A stretch of 63,537 bases of DNA, filler included, from Reclinomonas americana ATCC 50394 (lineage: Eukaryota), in NCBI GenBank assembly GCA_048213135.1. It is 19 parts of 19 records of this genome, joined end to end, with 100 filler letters (N's around TTAATTAATTAA, not from the genome) between each part and the next. Parts side by side here need not be neighbours in the genome. Positions count along the whole stretch, not along the records: positions 23,187 to 27,317 come from AFZH01022952.1; positions 27,418 to 30,346 come from AFZH01022953.1; positions 30,447 to 33,241 come from AFZH01022954.1; positions 33,342 to 36,246 come from AFZH01022955.1; positions 36,347 to 47,635 come from AFZH01022956.1; 14 more parts are not named here. One strand, given 5' to 3'. The translations under genes were made by a program, and so were the position numbers. Below are positions 26,125-39,200 of this stretch, piece by piece; within the stretch, counting starts at the first letter, position 1; every line of letters starts with the position of its first letter. The notes below the pieces were generated by a model. The model was not told the DNA's origin. It ran no database searches and was given only the letters and a program-made list of their open reading frames with translations.

Positions 26125-26429
26125 TCACTCTCTCTCACTCACTCACTCACTCACTCACTCTCTCTCTCTCACTGACTCACTCACTCACTCACTCACTCAC
26201 TCACTCACAAACGCACCCGAACATTCAGTGCAGGCGGGGGAGGCACTGGTTCCACTTCAGCATCGCGACATAGCACATCATACACCGCCCATGTCACTCT
26301 CTCAAACTCGGAGGTGTCCGTCTCCAACGTCACATTAATGCACGTTTCCCTGATTGCAACGGCCCGGGGAAGCAGGTCGTCGAGGACGTCGGAGGGTGAA
26401 GGCTCAGGCGTGGATGATGACGATGCCAT
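23583..26429 (-). CDS. Ankyrin family paralog, copy C (complete)
   Basis: First exon MASSSSTPEPSPSDVLDDLL, ankyrin core and conserved last exon. Confidence 0.8.
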
Positions 26430-26654
26430 GCGCAAAGAGAGACAGAGAGAGGAACAATGTCCCCGGCGGACATGACATGCGAGGGGAGTTCGTGGTAAAG
26501 CGGAACAAGACAGCAATGCCGCTGAGCCACAAAGCACTAAGTTTTTCGTTGCAAGAAGGTGTCTCCAGGAGACGAGCGACGTCACCACAGCGGGATCTAT
26601 CGAGAGGCACTAAATCGCTAGAGATAATGAACAAAGTGTTTACGACCTTCCACC

Positions 26655-27739
26655 TCACTCGTCCTCATCATCCTCCTCATCCGAACTCGGCATCGCCACA
26701 AACAGCACGATGTGCATCCACAAACCGGCCGGCAACACCACTCCCATGCTGGCCTGCAACTTGTCAGCCAGCAGCACGTGGTAGATCTCGAACAGGAGCA
26801 CTCGGTGCAGCGTAAATCGTGCGATATTACGCATGACGCCACCCGGCGCCAGCATTCTGGCCAGTGGCGACACGAGATCTGCGGAACGATCGCGGTTGTT
26901 GAGGTGGTACGTGCGATGCTCATCTCCGACAACCAGAATGTCGATCAGGCGGCGCAGCATGTCAAGCGAGGGCGCCGAATGACGCGTCGGCGGAGCAATG
27001 GCGCAGCTGAGTTTCACCAGCGGAAAGGGCACCGACGCATCCAGCATCACCTGGAGCTCGGGGGAGGCGAGGGCATACTGGCACTGGTCCATCCACTCGT
27101 TGGCCATGTGCTCAAAGTCTGTCACGCAGAACCGATCTCGCTCGTTCCTCAACTGCACGAATAGTCAGTGATCGGCAAGGCAATGAAATGCGCACGAGAT
27201 AGGGAGGGTGAGAGAAAGAGAATAGGCAGGAGAAGGGGAGGGAGAAAGAGACAGAAGTCAGAGAGAAACAGAAGTTGACCCTTATCATCAGCGTCTCTCT
27301 CTCTCTCTCACTCTCCCNNNNNNNNNNNNNNNNNNNNNNNNNNNNNNNNNNNNNNNNNNNNTTAATTAATTAANNNNNNNNNNNNNNNNNNNNNNNNNNN
27401 NNNNNNNNNNNNNNNNNAACTCACTCTCCCTCTCTCTCTCTCTCTCCCCTCTCTAGCTCTCTCGCCGTTACACACACACACACTCTCTCTCTCCCTCTCT
27501 CTACCATACACACGTACCTCCTCACTCCAACCACCTGGCGGAGGCGTCGGCTCCACTCCAGCCCCACGACACATCGCATCATACACCGCCCGCACTGATC
27601 TCTCAAACACGACTGTGTAGTCGATCCAGCACCCCACGTTCTCGCCTGTTTCGTCGATCGCGCGGGCCTTGCGAAGCAGGTCGTTGAGGAGGTCGGAGGG
27701 AGTTGGCAAAGGCGCCGATGATGATGAGGAGGATGCCAT
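26655..27739 (-). CDS. Ankyrin family paralog, copy D (middle lost in gap 27318-27417)
   Basis: First exon MASSSSSSAPLPTPSDLLNDLLRKA and last exon ending LPAGLWMHIVLFVAMPSSDEEDDEDE. Confidence 0.7.
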
Positions 27740-28027
27740 GACGCACACACTCGCAACAACGAAGGAGACCAAGACAAAGAGATGTCCCGGACTAACTTGG
27801 AGTGAGCTCGCTGTGAGGCAAGAGGAGTTCGCGGTGATCCAGAACTAGATAGTAATGTCGAAGATGCACAAAGTGCTATGTTTCGAAGCGAGAAGACTCC
27901 TCCAGGAGATGAGCGACATTGACTGATCTTTCAGATGCACCGATGATGAGTATCTGCTTTTAAATTTGCTCATAATCAGGGCTGTCTATCGAGAGGCACT
28001 CAATCGCTGAGATAATGAACAAAGTGT

Positions 28028-28685
28028 TTACGGCCTTAAACCTCTTTCTGTACTCCTCTCCCTCGTCGGCATCGCCACAAACAGCACAATCTGCATCCAC
28101 ACGTCGGCCGGCAGCACCAACCCCATGCTGGTCTGCAACTTGTCGGCCAGCAGCACGTGGTAGATCTCGAACAGCAGCACCCGATGCAGCGTCGCACGGG
28201 CAAGGCTGCGCATGACGCCACCTGGCGCCAGCATTCTGACCATTGGTGACACAAATTGGGAGGAGCGACGGCGGCGATTGCCGCGGTACGCGCGATGGTC
28301 ATCTGCGACAACGAGAATGTCGATCAGGCGGCGCAGCACGTCGCACGACGGCGCCACATCGGTTATTGGTGGTGCAATGGCGCAGCTGAGTTGCACCAGG
28401 GGGAAGGGCACCGACGCATCCAGCATCGGCTTGAGCTCGGGGGAGGCGAGGGCATACTTGCACTGGTCGATCCATTCGTTGACCAAGTGCTCCGCGCCTG
28501 TCATATAGAACCAATCTCGCTCGTCCAACAACTGTTAGGAGCGTTGTCAGTGATAAGCAAGAGAGAGAGAGAGGACATAAATAGACAGAGAGGCGGCGAG
28601 ACAAGAGCGGTGAGGAGAAAAGAGATCGACAGAAGAGAGAGTGAAAGTCCGAGAGAGAGCAAACGGAAGTGTCCTTGTCATCATC

Positions 28686-28726
<41 letters not shown>

Positions 28727-30346
28727 GTGTGTGTGCAATTTCTCCGCACAGAAAACAGACCTCTGGCATCTGGGCACCGGCCAGACAAAACAAGGCCACT
28801 TCGTGCGGGTACGTGTCGTGTGTAAAGCCGGAACTCGGCTCCATCCGAAACCCGTCGAAAGCTTTTGCCATCGCCGTCTCGACGAAGTGGTGGTCCGTCA
28901 GTGGCTGAACACACGGCACGGCCAACAGGAGCCGTATTGACGATATTTCGAAATTGTCCATATCGTTAAGGATAGACTCAGTCACCTCGTCAAGAATCGC
29001 TCTCCATTCACCACGGCTCTCAGCCTCCATATAAACTGCAGTTACCACGGATTCCAGCAACCGTTCTGTGTATCCAATTTCGACGCAGCTGATGATACAA
29101 TTGGTCAGAGCTTGCGAGTCCACATGCGGTCGAAAACGTGGATACTCCAACAGACACGGCACCTTGATCGACGGCGAAAGTACACAATCCAGGATGCGTT
29201 CGACGAATTCTGCATCGTCAAGAACTCCCTCCCAGTAGGGAGGATTGTCCAGGAAGATCCGTAGCATGCCTTCGTCGTCGATTTCGGGCAGTGAGTCCCT
29301 CAGAAAGGTGGCCTCGTCTGGATGGTGCAACACGTCCCCTTGCAGCACCGTGCGAACCAAGGTGCAGCGATTCATGCGCACAGCAACCTCAAGTGGTGAG
29401 CTGGGATGACGATACGCACTCGAGAAATAATTTTCAAAATAATCAGGGTCGACGGCAGTGTCCACTACCGCCGCGTCCGGATCTGCCGGTGTACCGGGAA
29501 AGTACAAGCTGTCGTAAGTAAACATCTCCTCAGAACCGTCACCCACAATCACCTCATCACGCCTCAGCAGCAGCGACACGACATCCATGTGGCCATCTAC
29601 GCACGCATGCAACAGCGCAACGTTTTCCGGTAGTTCCGGATGCACCCGATCATCGGCGAGCAACGCAGCCACCACCTCGGTGTGGCCACGGAACGCCGCC
29701 TGTCGCAACGGCAAGTTGTTGTCAATCGTGGGGTCGGCGACGCCTTCGTCGAGCAGCCGCCGCACGGTCTCCACGTCGTTGGTGGCGGCAGCGATCTCGA
29801 GGTGCGCACTCGCCTCCAAGTTGTGCAGTGGCCACGACTCACGGAGGTCGTTGAGGACGGCTTGCTTCCCCCGCCCGATGCAGTGGCGCACACACTTGAA
29901 CAACGTCATCCTGATGAGCTGTGGATCGGCGGCTAGCAGACCGAGACCGCTGAGGTAACGAATGGCGACGCCATCGCCAACGCTGACAGCCGCTCGCAGT
30001 GCAAAGTCGAGAGCTGTGGAGTCCATCATTGACTCCAGCAGCGGAACATCCTCCAGTTGAGCTCGCGCGCGGACTGCATCGAGCACCGCCGGCAGTCGAC
30101 CAGTGACGACCGCAGCGACAGGCCACCAAGGACAGTCCGCGACTGTGTTTTTGAAAAAGCCGATCGGCGCCAAGTGAAGGAGCGCGACGACCATGGCATC
30201 ATTCGGCGCCATCCACCAATAGTTAGCGAATGCAGTCATCCGCAACCCATTCGCCTCGTCAGTCCACAGGCGCTCCGCCACTTTCTTCTTCACGCGCCCG
30301 CGCACACCACATGCAAGAAACTCCGCTGTCGTGCGGTAGCTACGCT
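28028..30346 (-). CDS. Ankyrin family paralog, copy E (5' end in gap)
   Basis: Ankyrin core closely similar to copy A; last exon 28028-~28530. Confidence 0.8.
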
Positions 30347-30640
30347 NNNNNNNNNNNNNNNNNNNNNNNNNNNNNNNNNNNNNNNNNNNNTTAATTAATT
30401 AANNNNNNNNNNNNNNNNNNNNNNNNNNNNNNNNNNNNNNNNNNNNCCCTCTCGCTCTCCCCTCCTCGCTCTTCCCCTCCTCGCTCTCCCCTCCTCGCTT
30501 GTCCCCCTCCTCTCTCTCTCACCCTCTCCCCTTCTCCCCCTCTCGCTCTCCCCCTCTCACTCTCCCCCTGTCGCTCTCTGCCCCCCCCCCCACTCGCTTC
30601 TCACCCTCTCCCTTCCCCTTCCCCTCTTTCCCTTTTTACA

Positions 30641-31592
30641 GACACCAGCGCCATGATGGGTCCCACGCAAACCCGCTCGACCGCACACGCCAACCAGGAT
30701 CGGTACCTCACATCGCAGTTTGGCCGCTACGGCATTGGCTCGAAAAAGGTGGAATTTATTGATCTGCCTGTTGCTGCATCCTTTTCACGTCTTCTGACTC
30801 GTGCATGCAGGCCATGTTCAACCTCGGCGACGAGGTGACGCTGTACTCCCGCACGCTGAACTCACCCTTTGTCAACTCTGTGTGCTTCTCGAGAGTTGCG
30901 TGCGATTCATGAGTTCCTCTGTCTCTCGGTGACAAATCGATTCACTGTCCTGCAGTATCAACTCGAGGGCAAGGCACACCAGGAAACGCAAGTGCAGTGG
31001 AAGACGCAATTCACGCTGTACGAGTGCGCACACTTGCGCAACAGTGCCGCTGACGCGGGTGAGTTGGCCGTCATTGTTGTGCTCGTGCCGCACTGACTCA
31101 CTCCCTGCACGCAGATGTCGAGCCACTGCTGCTGGAAGCTGTGAATCGGCACGCCAGTTTCACTCTCGTATGCATCTCCCCGTTGCGCCCGCTCTACGCC
31201 TCCGAGTACTCGTCCACCAAGTTGCTGGCGCACATTGGCCACACGTATCATTACTACATTTTTGGTGACAGGTGTGTGCGATGAGGTTGTTGGGGATGAT
31301 TTTATGTGTGCTCATGATTTGCATGGTGACAGTGGCAATGTTGATCCCGCGAGTGCCGTGATTGACGGGCAGGAGATGCTGCGTGGGGTGGACGCGGGCG
31401 GGCCTTCGCGTCCTTCGGAAGGTGAGGGGGGGCGAGGGAGGGAGAGAAGGGGAAGTGCATGTTTCCGACGCTTTCATTGTTTCAGTCCTCGTGCACTCTC
31501 CCGTTGCTGATCACTGTTTCCTATTTGAGTGCTGCGCTTCGTTCACATCTGCTTCGGTCTTCTCTCTTGTCCATTTTCTTTCCCCTGCCTAG

Positions 31593-31625
<33 letters not shown>

Positions 31626-34600
31626 ACTCCCTCACTCCTTCACTCCTTTCTCTCTCTCTGTCGCTTGCTTATGACGTGGTGCTTGCATTCTGCCTCTTTG
31701 TATTCGCTGCCAAGTGCCCTGGCACTCTTCTCACTTGAGTCATGTGTCGCTTTCGCCTTTCTCACTTCGCCTTCCCCCGCCCCAGAGGACGACGACTTTG
31801 CGGCCCCCGCAGAACCAGTCTCGCGTCGTGGGCGCCGTCTGCCCCCTTCTGCCGCCGCCGGTGCCTCCACCATGCGACGCGAGTCCTTGCTGAATGTGCG
31901 CGTGGACGGCATTGACATTCGACACGCCGCTCCAATTGACTTGGAGAGTCAGGTGCGGTGATGCAGAGACGTGCTCTCTCTTGCTACACTGTCGCCTCAT
32001 CCTCCTTCACGCAGTACCTGCGCCACGGAGTCAGTTTCTTCCCGTTCGAGATTCCTCTAGAAGTCCGTGTGCCGTACCGCTCACCATCTCGCAAGGCTGC
32101 CACCGGCACCAAGGCAGTTGCGTCCTTGCCCCACGTAGTTGTTGTGCTTCTCATTTCTCGATGGTTGAACCGCGACGGCAGTCCATTCGAGTCATCCGCT
32201 CCACTGTGCAAGGCATGCTGTACTACTTTCCGTATCGCAACGGTCAAGAGACGCTACCAATTCCGGCCAAGCAGCACGATGAAGTCTACGACATGCACTT
32301 GGAGCACATGACGCAGCACTTGACGCAGCAGGTGAGTGCTCCTGTTGCTTCCTTTCTCCTCTGTCCCGATGTCATTCTCTCAAACTGTCGTGCAACCTCT
32401 TGCTTTCTCTCATTGCCTCTTCATTCTGTTCCTCCTTCTCTTTCTGGTTGAGAGAGTGTTGTGTGTCTTTTAATCCGTTCTTCCTTTTTCTCCTCTCTGT
32501 CCCTGATCGCGCCATCTGCAGCCCACACAAGCTGTCGACGAGGCTGCTGCTGCTGCTGCTGCTGCCGCCGCCGCTGCCGCCTCTGGTGCCACTGGCGCCG
32601 CCGAGAGTGCCGAATCAGGCAGTCAATCGGGCTCGCCAGCGGAGAGCACCGCTTCCACGGCATCGTCCGGTGCTCGCGGTGTCGGTCGCCGATCCGCCCT
32701 CAGCCGTTGCGTCTTGCCCTGGTGTGCGAAACTCCCTTCTCTTGCTCACTCTCGCATCCCGCAGAGTACGATCTCGACGAGATGTACCCGCTGGCCGATC
32801 GCGAACCTGGGCTGGAGTGCTTCTGGCTCGGTCGACTGCTGCCAAAGGAGAAAATCAAGGAGTTGCGTTTGTGTTGCAAAGAATGAGAAGAGAGACAATG
32901 ACCGGAGCACAGAGATGAAACAGATGAAACAGGGATCTTCTCTTCCATTCTCTTCGCTTCTCTCCCTTCTTTCTGTTCTCACCAACAATTATTCTGTTTG
33001 CAACCTCGTTTCCGTTTCCCTCGCTCTTGATTCTATCTTGTTCTGTTCTGATGTCCACCTTTTCAACTTTCTTTTTCTTCTCACTCCTTGTTTATTTTCC
33101 CACTCGCGTCTCTCTCTCTCTTTCTTATTCTTCTTCTTGATCTTCTTCTTCTTCCTCCTCCTCTTCTTCTTCGTCTTCATTCCCCTTCTCCTTCTTCTTC
33201 TTCTTGTTCTTGTTCTTCTTCTTCTTCTTCTTCTTCTTCTTNNNNNNNNNNNNNNNNNNNNNNNNNNNNNNNNNNNNNNNNNNNNTTAATTAATTAANNN
33301 NNNNNNNNNNNNNNNNNNNNNNNNNNNNNNNNNNNNNNNNNCGACGAAAAGTACGTCATCCCGCCGCCCGTGCAGACGGCGCCCACGGAGCGCTCCCGCC
33401 GCTTCTTCTCGCAAGTCCGCGTGGGCAAGATGGTGCTGCGAGTCGACGATCACGTGGCGCTGAAGAGTCGGCCGCGCATCATTGGTCGCATCACAGCGCT
33501 GATGCGCGACATGGACGCGGAGACGTATATTTGCTTTTGTCGAGTGCACGAGATGATGCCGGCGGAGCGTGATGGTTTGTATGCCTGTATTATCACGAAT
33601 TTTCTTGTGGCTTGACTGCTCATCTCTTTGTGCACAGCGGTGCACACGGCCGGCAAGGTGGAACGCGTGCTGACAGAGGCCGAGGTGGCAGAGGAGCTGG
33701 GCAAGCTGGACGCACGGCGCATTGCCGAGGTGCGCTTTGTCGATGTGCCTGATGTGGCTGCCAGCGCGGCGCGCCTGCGGACGAGGATTCTGGTATTCAT
33801 TTCCTTTCCCTCTTGTCTTCTCTTCCACTCTTCACACTCCTGTGTGTGTGTGTGTGTGTGTGCTGATGTAGGCGGGCGAGAAGCTGCGCGAGGTGGCATG
33901 TGGGTTGTTTTCGCGCGACGGCAAGGCCGAAACGCGCAGTGTGCGACACGGCATGACCATGCTGGTGACGCACGTGGAGACTGGCCAGCGCAGTAGCACG
34001 CACGCCGACAAGCCGTACAAGAGTTGCGTACGTGCGTGTGAGAGAATAGAGAGGCGCGAGGATTACTGTTCTGATTTGCCGCGCAGAGGGCACGTTTGTA
34101 TTCGACCTGGCCCCCATCGCCTTCCACTTGGCCGGCACCTACCGCATCGAGATGGTATTCGACGACAAGTCGGTGACTCCGGCCACGGTCGACGTCATTG
34201 TGGTGCCTGCCCCCTGCCGCAGTGTGACGGCACACTGGCCGCAGCAATTGCATGACTCCATTCTGGCCGAGAACGAGAGCGAGCATGTTGGTGAGGGTGA
34301 GTAGAGATGGAAAAGGGGAATTCAACAGTTCCACTCACTCCCCCTCCGTAGATGACAGCGGCGACGATTCGTACGTGCTGTACCACCGCATGTCTGGCGC
34401 CGGCGTGCTCCCCGCGTTGCATCTCCGGGTGCAAGACGCGTTTGAGAATTGTCTCGGCGGGCCGGTGCTGACCGACGAGGTGCGCTCGCGCCTGTCGGTG
34501 GAGGTCAGCGACCCGACGGCGCTCGATGTGAGCGGTGCCACGTGGTCGTACTCGGCGGCGCTCGGACTGCTGGTGCTGTCGAATTTGGTTCCGGTGCCGC

Positions 34601-36179
34601 GTGTGTTGGAGGGGGGAGTCAAGGTGAATTGGGGAAAGGGGGGATGAAGGGGGATTGAGGGAAAGGGGGGGGGGTTACGGGGAAGGGGGAGTGAGGGAAA
34701 GGGGGATAAAGGGAAAGGAGGATTGAGGGAAAGGGTGGGTAAGGGGAAAGGGGAGAAGACGAACAAGAAGACGGAGGATAAGAACAATGAGCAGAGAAGA
34801 AAAATGACAAGAAAAAGACGAAACAATACCAACAGGAGAAGAGAAGAACGACACAAAGAAGAAAAAGGAGGAGGAGAAGGAGAAGACGAAAGGACAGATA
34901 AGAAAACAAACAGTGAAGACAAGCGAGAAACGCCTGCAGCACCGCTTTCGCGTTTCCTGACTCCCTTTCCTTTCACCCTCTCCTCCTCTCCCCCCTTTCC
35001 CCCTTCTCCCCCCTCCCAGTGCACACGCGCAACCCTCACCGTGCGCTACTGCGAGCCTGACGGCACCATTGTGGCGGCGAATCCCATCGCCGTGGCACTG
35101 TGCGCCGGCGAGCCACAGCGAGTCGACTTTGTCTCTCCACCGCTGGTCACCTCGCCAAAGAACCAGCGCTTCGCCGTGCACGTTCTCGACGCCCACAACA
35201 ATGTGGTGTGGCCGCGCCTGTACCGTCGCTGCCTCGCACTGGCGCAAGCCTATGCCGACGGTATGGCCGCTGCGCACATGGAGGTGGATGGCGAGGGAGA
35301 GGACGAAGATGAGGACGAGGAGGTGCGGGCGACGAAGAGAAAGGGCAAGGCACGCGCCACGAAAGCGTCGAGGAGCAAGAAGAAGAAGGCCGGCGAGGCT
35401 GGTGGCGCAGCAGGGCCATCTCGATTGTTGCGTATGGGGTGGAGGAGAGGGAGATTTGGTGATGTTGGCTGACATGAGAGCGACAGCGAGGGCATTGCAC
35501 TGCATCGCGACATTCACGCCTCTGTCGGCCGCTTCCGTATGCGTGTGCTGGTGTCCGGGGAGTGGTTGTCGGTGCGCGGCAATGCACCGGGCGTGACGGC
35601 CGAGATTGATCCCGACGAGGGCGCCGCGGTGCTGGTTGACATGCTGCAGTTCAAGAAGGGCTGGAAGAAGGAGAGCAAGGTATGTATAGTTGTCTGCAAA
35701 GAAGACGGCTTTGCTCGTGCTCATCGCTTCTCCGCCAATGCAGCTGTCGCTCAAATTCCAACTTCAAGAGTTCCCCGACTGCGTTCCCGTGGAGTGGTCG
35801 TGCGATGTGGCGGTACTCAATGCCGAAGCCAATCAGCTGCTGTTGGTGATGCCCAAGGATTTTGCCGCCGACCGCGTGATTCAGAAACGTGCTGGCACGT
35901 ATCAGGTGGTGGCGGTGGTGGGCTCGGAGATTGTGGGGTGGGGAGTGCGAGTGGCCGATGGTTCGTGGGTTCGAAAGAGTGATTTGTGAGCTGAGTTTGT
36001 GAGCTGAGTTTCTTTGTGCATTGTATTCAGGTCGCGGACAGTCGCTCATGCACATGCTCACTCCCAATGTGCGAGTTGCCACTTCGTGGTTCGCGGATGA
36101 GGATGGCGACAAGAAACCAGGTGTGTAAGTGTCCGTCTGTCTGGTGGGTGTCTTTTCTACCTGGTACTCTTGCTCTCTT

Positions 36180-36246
<67 letters not shown>

Positions 36247-39200
36247 NNNNNNNNNNNNNNNNNNNNNNNNNNNNNNNNNNNNNNNNNNNNTTAATTAATT
36301 AANNNNNNNNNNNNNNNNNNNNNNNNNNNNNNNNNNNNNNNNNNNNTCTTTTTTTCTTTCTTTCCACTCTTGCTCTGCCCGTCTGTCTTTCTCTCTCTCT
36401 CTCTGTCTCTCTGTCTGTATTTCTTTCTCTCTCTCTCTGTCTCTCTCTGTCTGTATTTCTCTCTCTCTGTCTCTCTCTGTCTGTCTTTCTCTCTCTCTCT
36501 ATCTCTCTCTGTCTGTCTTTCTCTCTCTCTCTCTGTCTGTCTGTCTGTCTGTCTATCCTTCTTTCTTTCTTTCTCCCCCCCTTTTCACTCTTGCGCTCTC
36601 TTTTTGTCTGTTTGTCTTTTCTATCCTCTCCCACTCTTTCTCAATCATTTTCTTTGTTTGCATAGTTGTCTTCTTTCCTTTCCTCTCTCTCTCTCCCTTT
36701 CTCATACTTGCGCTGTCATTCACTGTACGCAATTCCGTGCAGATGGTGGTACACGCTGCCGCTGGTCGTGGAGAGTTCCCGATTGACATTCGCGTCGAGG
36801 GCAGTGCCGAGGTGCGTCGAATAACTGTTGATGAGTGCGCTGCATTGCTGACCCACCAGTTGGTTGGTTGTTGCAGATTATTCATCTCACCGTGCACGTC
36901 GAGGCGGCTCACGTGCCGTCGCGCCTGCAAGTGCAGCCAGTCAATAATGTGATGCAACTGCTGGCCGGACTGCACATGCCGTCGCTGCAGGTAACCTGCC
37001 GGCAGCACTGCCGCGCACATGATAATGCTGGTGCTCATCGTGTTGAATGCAGTTGACTGTGCTGGACGCACAAGCGCAAGGAGTCGCGGTGAGCAATGCC
37101 CCGCGAGTCACTGTGCTGTCACCCGCTGGAGTGGAGACGACGCTGTTTGCGGCGCCAGTGGCGGAACAACCGGGTGCGTTTTGTTCTTGCAGAGGTGGTT
37201 CTGCCTGTGGTTGTTGGCTAACGCCGGCTGTATTATGCAGGATTCTTCACGGTGGATTTGGTAAATGTGCGTGCCACCACATGTGGCGTGTGGCGCATCA
37301 CTGCCGAGTGTGAGTTTGCGGACTTGGTGGACCCGGTGCTGGCGAATAGCGGCGGTCGATCGCTGATCTCATGCGTCGGCGAGCTGGAAATCTCGGTCAT
37401 GGCCGGTTTGTGCTGTTGGGTGCTGTGTACCTTACTTGTGCTGAATGACGCCGCAGGATCCGCCGCACGACTTGTGGTCGTCCCCGACGTGACGGAGTTG
37501 CCGTCCGTCACCAATCTGGCGGATGCACCACAGCTGCGCCGACAACTGGCCACTGACCTGCGCATTCAATTGGTGGATGAATACAACAACAAGACGGTAC
37601 GAAAGACGGGAGCGTGTGTGTGTATGTGAGGTGCTGTGCTTGCACTCAAGCAGCAACGGTTTGCAGAATGCCTCGGCCCAGCTGTCTCTCACGCTGGTAG
37701 GCCTTGGTGGAGACGGCGTGCCCTCGTCGTCGCAAGCTCCCGAGGTGATGTCTTCTGGTAAGAAGTTAGTGCGGCATCGTGGGTGCTTATTTCGTGATTG
37801 TGCAGCTGCTCTTGTCGGAGGCTGCCCAGCCGCTGCGCATTGTCGATGGGGAGCTGTGTGTGGCGTCGCTGGCGGTGAAGCCGGGCACTGGAGTGTGAGT
37901 TGGGAAGGGGAGAGGGAGGGGGAGGAATGGAGAATGGGCAAAGGGAGAAGGGGAAGGGAAGGGGAAGGGAGGACGGAGAAGGGACAATGGGTGAAGGGGC
38001 GGAAGGGAAGGAGAGAAAAGACAAGGGGAAGGAGAAGGAGAGAAAGGGGAAGGGGGAAGGAGAAGGGAGGACGGAGAATCGGCAAAGGGAGAAGGGTGAG
38101 GGAAAGGAGACGGAGAGGGGAGAGAGAGAGAGAGGAAAGGTGAGAAGGAGAGGGGAAGGGAAAGAGAGAAATGGAAAGGGAAGGGGGAAGGGTATAGAAA
38201 TGAGATGGAGGTATGAGCGACTGGAAAGGTGAAGGTGACGGAAAAGAAGAGGGAAGGGAAAAAGGAGAGGGAGGGGAGGGCGAGAGGGAAGATTTTGGAG
38301 ACTGGAGGAATGGAGAATGGGCAAAGGGAGAAGGAGAAGGGGAAGGGAAGGGGAAGGGAGGACGGAGAAGGGGCAATGGGAGAAGGGGCGGAAGGGTGAG
38401 GGGCACTGGAAAGAATAACATGGATAGAATTGAGATAGAGGGGAGAGCGACAGTGAACTTGAGAAGGAGGGAGGGAAGGGAAAAAGGAGAGGGAGGAGAG
38501 GGCGAGAGGGAAGGTTTTGGAGACTGGAGGAATTGAGAAGGAGCAAAGGGAGAAGAATTACGAGGATAGAAATGAGATGGAGGTATGAGCGACAGGAAAG
38601 GTGAAGGTGACGGAGAAGGAGAGGGAGAAGGGAAAGAGAGAATGGTGAAGGGTAGGGGGCAAGGGTATAGTGGATAGGCGATTAGAAAGGAGACAAGGGC
38701 AATGAAAACGAGTGGCGGAGGATGGGGAGGGAAGTAGAGAATCCGGGCGAGGAAGGAAGGGAAGAAGTCACCATCATTTGACTGACGAGTGTTTACCGTG
38801 ATAGAAATGGTCGCTACGAGCTCAAGTTTGATGCCGTCGACATGGCATTCATTGCACCGCTTCGACTGCAGTTTGTGCTCACCGATGGTGTGTTTTTTTT
38901 TTGCATTGCGCGTTTTCTTTCTTGTCCCAGTTGCTCGCAGTGCAACACTGTGTTTCTCCGTGCTCTCCCTCCATGTCTCTCTTTGCTCATATCCACTGCT
39001 GCAGACTCACGCTCGCAAACGCGGTTGCTGGAACTGCGCCGTCGTCGAGTGGAGGTCACCAATTTCATCAACGATGCCAAGAAGAAATGCGATGATGCAC
39101 AGTTGTCGCTCACCAAGGCGCAGGAGCACGCTCAGCAGTTTCGTTCTATCTGTGTGAGCGAGGAGGAATGTCGCTCACTCTGTCTACGTGTGTGTGTATT

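Noticed and set aside
37893..38800. Purine-rich block with ~370-bp internal duplication
   Set aside because: Ordinary expanded intron of the SMCHD1-like gene; no conserved acceptor-microexon-donor pattern seen.
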